Virus record (IMG/VR): IMGVR_UViG_3300037419_000702
Coordinates: 1-52,928 of that record
Length of the DNA stretch: 52,928 bases
Reading direction: 5' to 3' (one strand)
Source: a virus
Taxonomy: Duplodnaviria > Caudoviricetes
Shown here: one piece after another, positions 48,377 to 52,928 of the stretch
How the letters are laid out: the number at the start of each line of letters is the position of its first letter
How positions within the stretch are numbered: the stretch's first letter is position 1
Made by a program: the position numbers and the translations under genes
The notes under the pieces: generated by a model
The model's database searches: none
Told to the model about the DNA's origin: nothing
The model's input: only the letters and a program-made list of their open reading frames with translations

Positions 48377-48862
48377 TTGAGTAAATATAATTACTTGTCA
48401 ACTGGAGAGAATGAACATCCTACTCCACAATGGCTATTTGACAAGATAAACGACATGTTTAATTTTGAAATTGATTTATCCGCAACTAGTGAAAATGCTA
48501 AATGTGAAAAGTTCTATACAAAAGAACAAGACGCATTGAAATATGAATGGGATAACACTTCATGTTGGTGTAATCCCCCATATTCAAAAGATTTACAGCC
48601 TTTATTTATCCAAAAGGCGTACACAGACAGTCTTAAATATAAAAATACAATTGTTTTACTTATTCCTTTACGAGCAGATACAAGAGTTTGGCATGATTAT
48701 ATTTGGGGTAAAGCAGATGTTTATATCTTTAAAGGCAGACCTAAATTCTATGGTGATAAGAGTCCGACATATGCGAGTGCTTTAGTTGTGTACAGTGATT
48801 CTGAACACAAAAATATTTATACGGTTGATAAGGATTTTGAAGCAATAAAACAAATTGCTTAA
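48377..48862 (+). CDS. phage DNA N6-adenine methyltransferase (cassette)
   Basis: TPQWLF, D..A...NAKC, WCNPPYS, LIPLRADT. Confidence 0.88.
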   Translation: MSKYNYLSTGENEHPTPQWLFDKINDMFNFEIDLSATSENAKCEKFYTKEQDALKYEWDNTSCWCNPPYSKDLQPLFIQKAYTDSLKYKNTIVLLIPLRADTRVWHDYIWGKADVYIFKGRPKFYGDKSPTYASALVVYSDSEHKNIYTVDKDFEAIKQIA

Positions 48863-48942
48863 ACCTGAACAAATCCAGATTTGCTTCGATTTTATGTAAA
48901 AACCAAAACAGGCGAGTATTCCATCGAAAGGGGATTTGCGAT

Positions 48943-49077
48943 ATGAAAGAAGAACCATGCGATTATTGTGGAGGTGACGGATGGATCGATCAAGGGGATG
49001 GATCAGAAAAGATGTGTAAATACTGCCGGGGAACCGGGATAGAAACAAAGGAGGATGAATGGCAATGGCAAAGATAG
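48943..49077 (+). CDS. small DnaJ-type zinc-finger protein (44 aa)
   Basis: AAAGGGG RBS; CDYCGGDG..CKYCRGTG. Confidence 0.6.
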   Translation: MKEEPCDYCGGDGWIDQGDGSEKMCKYCRGTGIETKEDEWQWQR

Positions 49078-49298
49078 CTACGAACGTTTCACTAACTACA
49101 GCTAAAAACATCGGGTTGAATGCTTCGAATCATACTCTTTCAGACGGTACACCTTATGTCATGCTTAGTTTAATGAATTTTTCTATTACGATTTGTGCGT
49201 CAACCGATCAAGCCGAACAAATAGCCAAGGCACTATTATCTCAAGTGCAGCAAATACAAGAACAACAAATGGAGGAAACAACAAATGAAATCGAATAG
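49059..49298 (+). CDS. hypothetical protein
   Basis: AAGGAGG RBS. Confidence 0.65.
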   Translation: MAMAKIATNVSLTTAKNIGLNASNHTLSDGTPYVMLSLMNFSITICASTDQAEQIAKALLSQVQQIQEQQMEETTNEIE

Positions 49299-49722
49299 CA
49301 GCAAACGAGGATTCGAAGTTTTAGTAAAGGAAGATTCAGTAATCAATTATTTTCCAAAACGAGGTACCATGCAAAGTGCAGGGTATGACTTAATCTCAAG
49401 AGATAAAGCCGTTATTCATCCGGGTCAAACCGTACTACTAAGAACAGGTGTAACAGCTTTTATGTTGCCCGATGAATGGTTGCATTTAAAAAGTCGGTCA
49501 GGATTGTCTCTTAAAAAAGGAATTATTGTAGGAGCAGGAGTTATCGATGCAGATTATTACCCTAATGAGATTGGAGTAGTTATTCATAATTTTGGAAATG
49601 AATCTTTTGAGGTAAATACTGGGGATCGTGTAGCTAACGCTATTTTCAGTAAGTATTTACTAGCGGATAAAGATAACGCTGATACAGAAAGAACTTCAGG
49701 ATTCGGTCATACAGGAGTTTGA
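49285..49722 (+). CDS. dut: trimeric dUTPase
   Basis: SAGYDL, SRSGL, GVIDADY, GDRVAN, RTSGFGHTG. Confidence 0.93.
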   Translation: MKSNSSKRGFEVLVKEDSVINYFPKRGTMQSAGYDLISRDKAVIHPGQTVLLRTGVTAFMLPDEWLHLKSRSGLSLKKGIIVGAGVIDADYYPNEIGVVIHNFGNESFEVNTGDRVANAIFSKYLLADKDNADTERTSGFGHTGV

Positions 49723-49859
49723 TTTTTCTTGAATACAATCCTTCACTTGTGTTAAACTACATATACAGGTGAAGGGTGTATGCTCGAAAGTATTTATAAA
49801 ATACTTTGGAGGATGCAGTCAACAATGTAGCCTAATCCGCATACATTAAACTAAAGGAG

Positions 49860-50426
49860 TTGAAATATATGTCACAGCTAGGAAAAGTATGTAACGCTTG
49901 TGGTAGAGAACGTAGTAAAACGAAAGCCTTGGTTTACGATCCTGAAACGTTAATGCCATATTGTGAGTTTCCTCATATCTGTAATACGAACCACCCGAAC
50001 AGCGTACCTAATCTACTAAAACGTGGGGCAGAACTGGTGATGATCAACCAAACCGAAGCCCAGCGACTATTCAAGGAACATTTAATCAAGACAATCGGCA
50101 ATACAGATAAGATCGCTAAGATTCGAAATATGGTAGATAAGCCTATGACGATTCGGATAGGCAGCCCGGACTTGGCTATATTCTTAATCGAATTGCAGGA
50201 ACAATACCACTTCAGTTCTTTATCGGATACGATCCGTTACTGCATTCAGGTAATGAAAGAGAATCAAGGTGAATACTACTCGGACTACAAAAAGATGGAG
50301 GAAACTAGGGAAGAAGTGAAGCAGGAGAAAGCCCTTGTCGAGTCTATCGAAGATAGTAAACCTTTGGAGGAAAAGCCGAAAGAGGAAGTCAAGGAGCCTG
50401 AGCAAGAAGAAGTATGGGATTTTTAG
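49860..50426 (+). CDS. putative regulator: Cys/His N-terminus + ribbon-helix-helix-like segment
   Basis: MTIRI..LAIFLIELQEQYHFSSLSDTIRYCI. Confidence 0.5.
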   Translation: MKYMSQLGKVCNACGRERSKTKALVYDPETLMPYCEFPHICNTNHPNSVPNLLKRGAELVMINQTEAQRLFKEHLIKTIGNTDKIAKIRNMVDKPMTIRIGSPDLAIFLIELQEQYHFSSLSDTIRYCIQVMKENQGEYYSDYKKMEETREEVKQEKALVESIEDSKPLEEKPKEEVKEPEQEEVWDF

Positions 50427-50438
50427 GAGGAATGAAGG

Positions 50439-51170
50439 ATGGCAACAATTAACCTAAAAACCGATGACAAACCGCATCTATCTGCACTAATGAAGTCCAA
50501 CCCAAAACTAGCGAAAGAAGTGATTGAAACATTCGTTAGTTGTATGGAGGAAGCATGTAACCCGGAATCAGGAATGATGTGGGCTGAATTGCCGGGTAAG
50601 TTTTCGGATCAGTTATCATTTCGTGATTTGATTCTCGGAATCTTAAAAGGTAGCTTGGATTTAAAAGAATTGAATCCTGAAGCCTTTGATGCAATTAAAG
50701 AGGAAGTCCACCCTCTATCCATGCTTATGCCGCGTAAAGATTGGTTAAATGGAGGAATGAGAAGGTATGAGTGGAGAAATCACTTCCGATTGCCGAAAGA
50801 TGCCCAAATCAACCAAGATACCGTTTCGGATATTTTTAGGAAGCTGCTTCGCTATTATAAATATGTGAAGGTTGACGACTTAGCCTATGCGATGATCAAC
50901 AACCAAATCAAAACCTTCGAGGGGCTAGGGGAACGGAATGTAGCGATGCTGCCGTTCGTCCCAGCTTTACGCTACCAACAAAAACACTTCGGGGATTTGC
51001 ATGTTGGAAAGTTCTTTGATGATATCGGGGCTTTGGATTGTGGGGAGATAGGTACTGAAGTAGAATGTCCTTCCTGCCAAACCCCGTACAATGAATTGTG
51101 GTATCTTGGAGAACATATAATCTGCCCTAGCTGTAATGCTGGATTCAAGGTAAAGGAGGAACGTCAATGA
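50439..51170 (+). CDS. hypothetical protein with C-terminal zinc ribbon
   Basis: CPSC..CPSC. Confidence 0.7.
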   Translation: MATINLKTDDKPHLSALMKSNPKLAKEVIETFVSCMEEACNPESGMMWAELPGKFSDQLSFRDLILGILKGSLDLKELNPEAFDAIKEEVHPLSMLMPRKDWLNGGMRRYEWRNHFRLPKDAQINQDTVSDIFRKLLRYYKYVKVDDLAYAMINNQIKTFEGLGERNVAMLPFVPALRYQQKHFGDLHVGKFFDDIGALDCGEIGTEVECPSCQTPYNELWYLGEHIICPSCNAGFKVKEERQ

Positions 51171-51499
51171 CCGAGCAGGAGAAACAATTTACTGATTATT
51201 GGATTCAACAAACGGTATCCGAACGCAAAGAAAATAAACGGTTAAAATCGTTGCTGGATGAACGTGATAAAGAAGTGGAAGGCTGGAAAAAACACGCTAC
51301 TGATTTTGAAGAAATGTATAAGCAGGAGCATAGAGAGAAGAATGCGTTAAAACGTGAACTAGAAAGATTAAAAGAAGTAAACCAACATCTAAGAAAGGCA
51401 TTGAATGATCTTAAATATGGACTAGAATATGGTGTAGCGAATGCTTCAAGCTGTATAAAAATTATTGACGAAGCCCTAACAGGGGAGGAATCTAAATAG
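51167..51499 (+). CDS. coiled-coil hypothetical protein
   Basis: AAGGAGG RBS, ATGA overlap. Confidence 0.7.
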   Translation: MTEQEKQFTDYWIQQTVSERKENKRLKSLLDERDKEVEGWKKHATDFEEMYKQEHREKNALKRELERLKEVNQHLRKALNDLKYGLEYGVANASSCIKIIDEALTGEESK

Positions 51500-51598
51500 A
51501 TTGGTACTATTTCGACCAAATTATTACACTTGTTACGGTTTCTTTTTCTATAGGATACTGGTTAGGAAGGAGAAATAAAAATCCTTCCTAAATTCTCA

Positions 51599-51628
51599 TT
51601 GTATATGTCATGTGATATGTGGTATACT
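51599..51628 (+). promoter_or_regulatory. promoter with heptads
   Basis: TTGTAT-18-TATACT; TATGTCA TGTGATA TGTGGTA. Confidence 0.65.
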
Positions 51629-51650
51629 GTAAGCAAATAACTAAGGAGGT

Positions 51651-51851
51651 ATGGTCATGTTACCTGTTGTCCATCCTATCGCTAAAACAGCGATTCAATT
51701 AAGACAGTCTATTAAGAGATTAGAAACCTTTGTTTTATCTAATCCAAACGATGAACACATTAGAGAAGTAAAGGAATTACTTAAAGACCTAGAAGCTGCA
51801 AGGGATCACATACCCGGTCACTTGTTGGATGTAGATTTGCAGGAGGGGTAG
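51651..51851 (+). CDS. hypothetical protein
   Basis: AAGGAGG RBS. Confidence 0.65.
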   Translation: MVMLPVVHPIAKTAIQLRQSIKRLETFVLSNPNDEHIREVKELLKDLEAARDHIPGHLLDVDLQEG

Positions 51852-51852
51852 T

Positions 51853-52928
51853 ATGCAAGTCAAAGTCACCAATGACCACATTTATGTAAAAACACCCTAT
51901 CATGAAAAGGATTTTGTGAAGGACGTAATGAACGGGACTTGGAGCAAGGCGGAAGGTATGTACCGTTTTCCTAAAAATATCCATACTTTGACGGAACTTG
52001 CCCGGAAATTCCCCAGTTTGATGCAAAATACCCAATTCATGAATGAAGGGACAAAGTTAAAGGCAGCTAGGAATTTTTTCTTAGAGTTAAAACAAACGAA
52101 TATCATCCTAGATGATCGGCTTCGCCCGTACCAAAATACGGATGTGAATTACCTAAAGAAACTCCCGGCTGCTGGAATTTTTAATGAGCCTAGAACTGGG
52201 AAAACACCTACATCCATTATTTTGATGAAGGAACTAAAGACCAAAAGGAACCTTGTTATTTGCCCGGCATCCCTTATTTGGAACTGGAAGAAGGAGTTTG
52301 AACAATGGTATCCTGAGTGTAAAGTAAATGTCTTTATCTCAAAAAGAAAACCAAAACTTCCTGAATGTATGGGATTTCTGCCTGTAAATGAACCTAATGT
52401 GGTGATTGTAAGTAAAGATACGTTAAAAACAAATATTAACTATTTTGAAGGAGATTCAGTACGATGGGACACTTGTTTTGTAGATGAAGCACATTTCCTA
52501 CGAAATCGGGATACCGCCCAATCGAAAGCTGTGTATGCCATTAAAGCGGATCGACGGTATGCCCTGACAGGAACCCCAACTGTGAAGCATGGAACGGATA
52601 TATTCGGTATTCTAAAATTCCTTTATCCCAAGAAGTTTTCCTCGTATTGGCAATTCATCGAACGATACTGGGAAATGGGTCAGGATTGGATGGGTCATGC
52701 TGAGGTCAAGGATATCAAGCCCAATCGTAAAGCTGAATTGCAGGAATTAATTGGGTTTATATCAGTCCAACGCAAACGAAAAGATGTGATGAAGTGGCTG
52801 CCGGATAAGCAAAGACAAACCTTCTATTGTAAGATGGAGGGTAAGCAGCTTACACATTATACCGAAATGCTTGAGGATTTTATGACCGACGATGGGGAAT
52901 TGGATGCCCCAAATGTTCTCACCCAGTT
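51853..52928 (+). CDS. SNF2-like helicase, N-terminal part (about 537 aa when joined with 1-665)
   Basis: LRPYQ, NEPRTGKT, VICPASL..NW, VDEAH, LTGTP; runs off the window end. Confidence 0.9.
   Translation, partial: MQVKVTNDHIYVKTPYHEKDFVKDVMNGTWSKAEGMYRFPKNIHTLTELARKFPSLMQNTQFMNEGTKLKAARNFFLELKQTNIILDDRLRPYQNTDVNYLKKLPAAGIFNEPRTGKTPTSIILMKELKTKRNLVICPASLIWNWKKEFEQWYPECKVNVFISKRKPKLPECMGFLPVNEPNVVIVSKDTLKTNINYFEGDSVRWDTCFVDEAHFLRNRDTAQSKAVYAIKADRRYALTGTPTVKHGTDIFGILKFLYPKKFSSYWQFIERYWEMGQDWMGHAEVKDIKPNRKAELQELIGFISVQRKRKDVMKWLPDKQRQTFYCKMEGKQLTHYTEMLEDFMTDDGELDAPNVLTQ

Noticed and set aside
51494-51513. Additional 8-4-8 site at the stop of 51167-51499
   Set aside because: Only one arm (AATAGATT) matches, which is too weak to include.
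52802-52928. Biological terminal repeat
   Set aside because: It is exactly 127 bp, a common assembler k-mer size, and falls mid-gene, so it is best explained as circular overlap.
1-52928. Integrase/invertase, tRNA genes, CRISPR array, reverse transcriptase
   Set aside because: No tyrosine or serine recombinase motifs, cloverleafs, repeat-spacer arrays or RT motifs were recognised; a highly divergent recombinase among the hypothetical proteins cannot be excluded.

Overview
The window is an apparently complete ~52.8-kb phage genome; bases 1-127 repeat at 52802-52928, consistent with an assembly overlap. It looks like a podovirus-like phage of a spore-forming Bacillota host, with an endolysin style suggesting Paenibacillaceae, and I found no integrase. 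The + strand carries early and replication genes: SNF2 helicase across the junction, Cas4-like nuclease, Sak4-like ATPase, SSB, primase-MCM-like helicase, PolA, class II RNR, ThyX, dUTPase and an adenine MTase. The - strand carries packaging, head, tail and lysis genes. Main unusual signals: (1) a family of 8-4-8 palindromic sites (RATAAAAT-N4-ATTTTATY) at the stop codons of accessory genes and at an in-frame swap point between two oppositely oriented tailspike modules, i.e. a cassette/shufflon-like system with no recombinase in the genome; (2) a terminase intein whose HNH endonuclease is a separate gene in another frame, with its own promoter and RBS; (3) a ~550-650-nt highly structured candidate ncRNA behind tandem promoters; (4) tandem heptad operators in five promoters; (5) sporulation-sigma-like promoters on counter-oriented genes. 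All calls come from reading the sequence and motif recognition; no searches were run.
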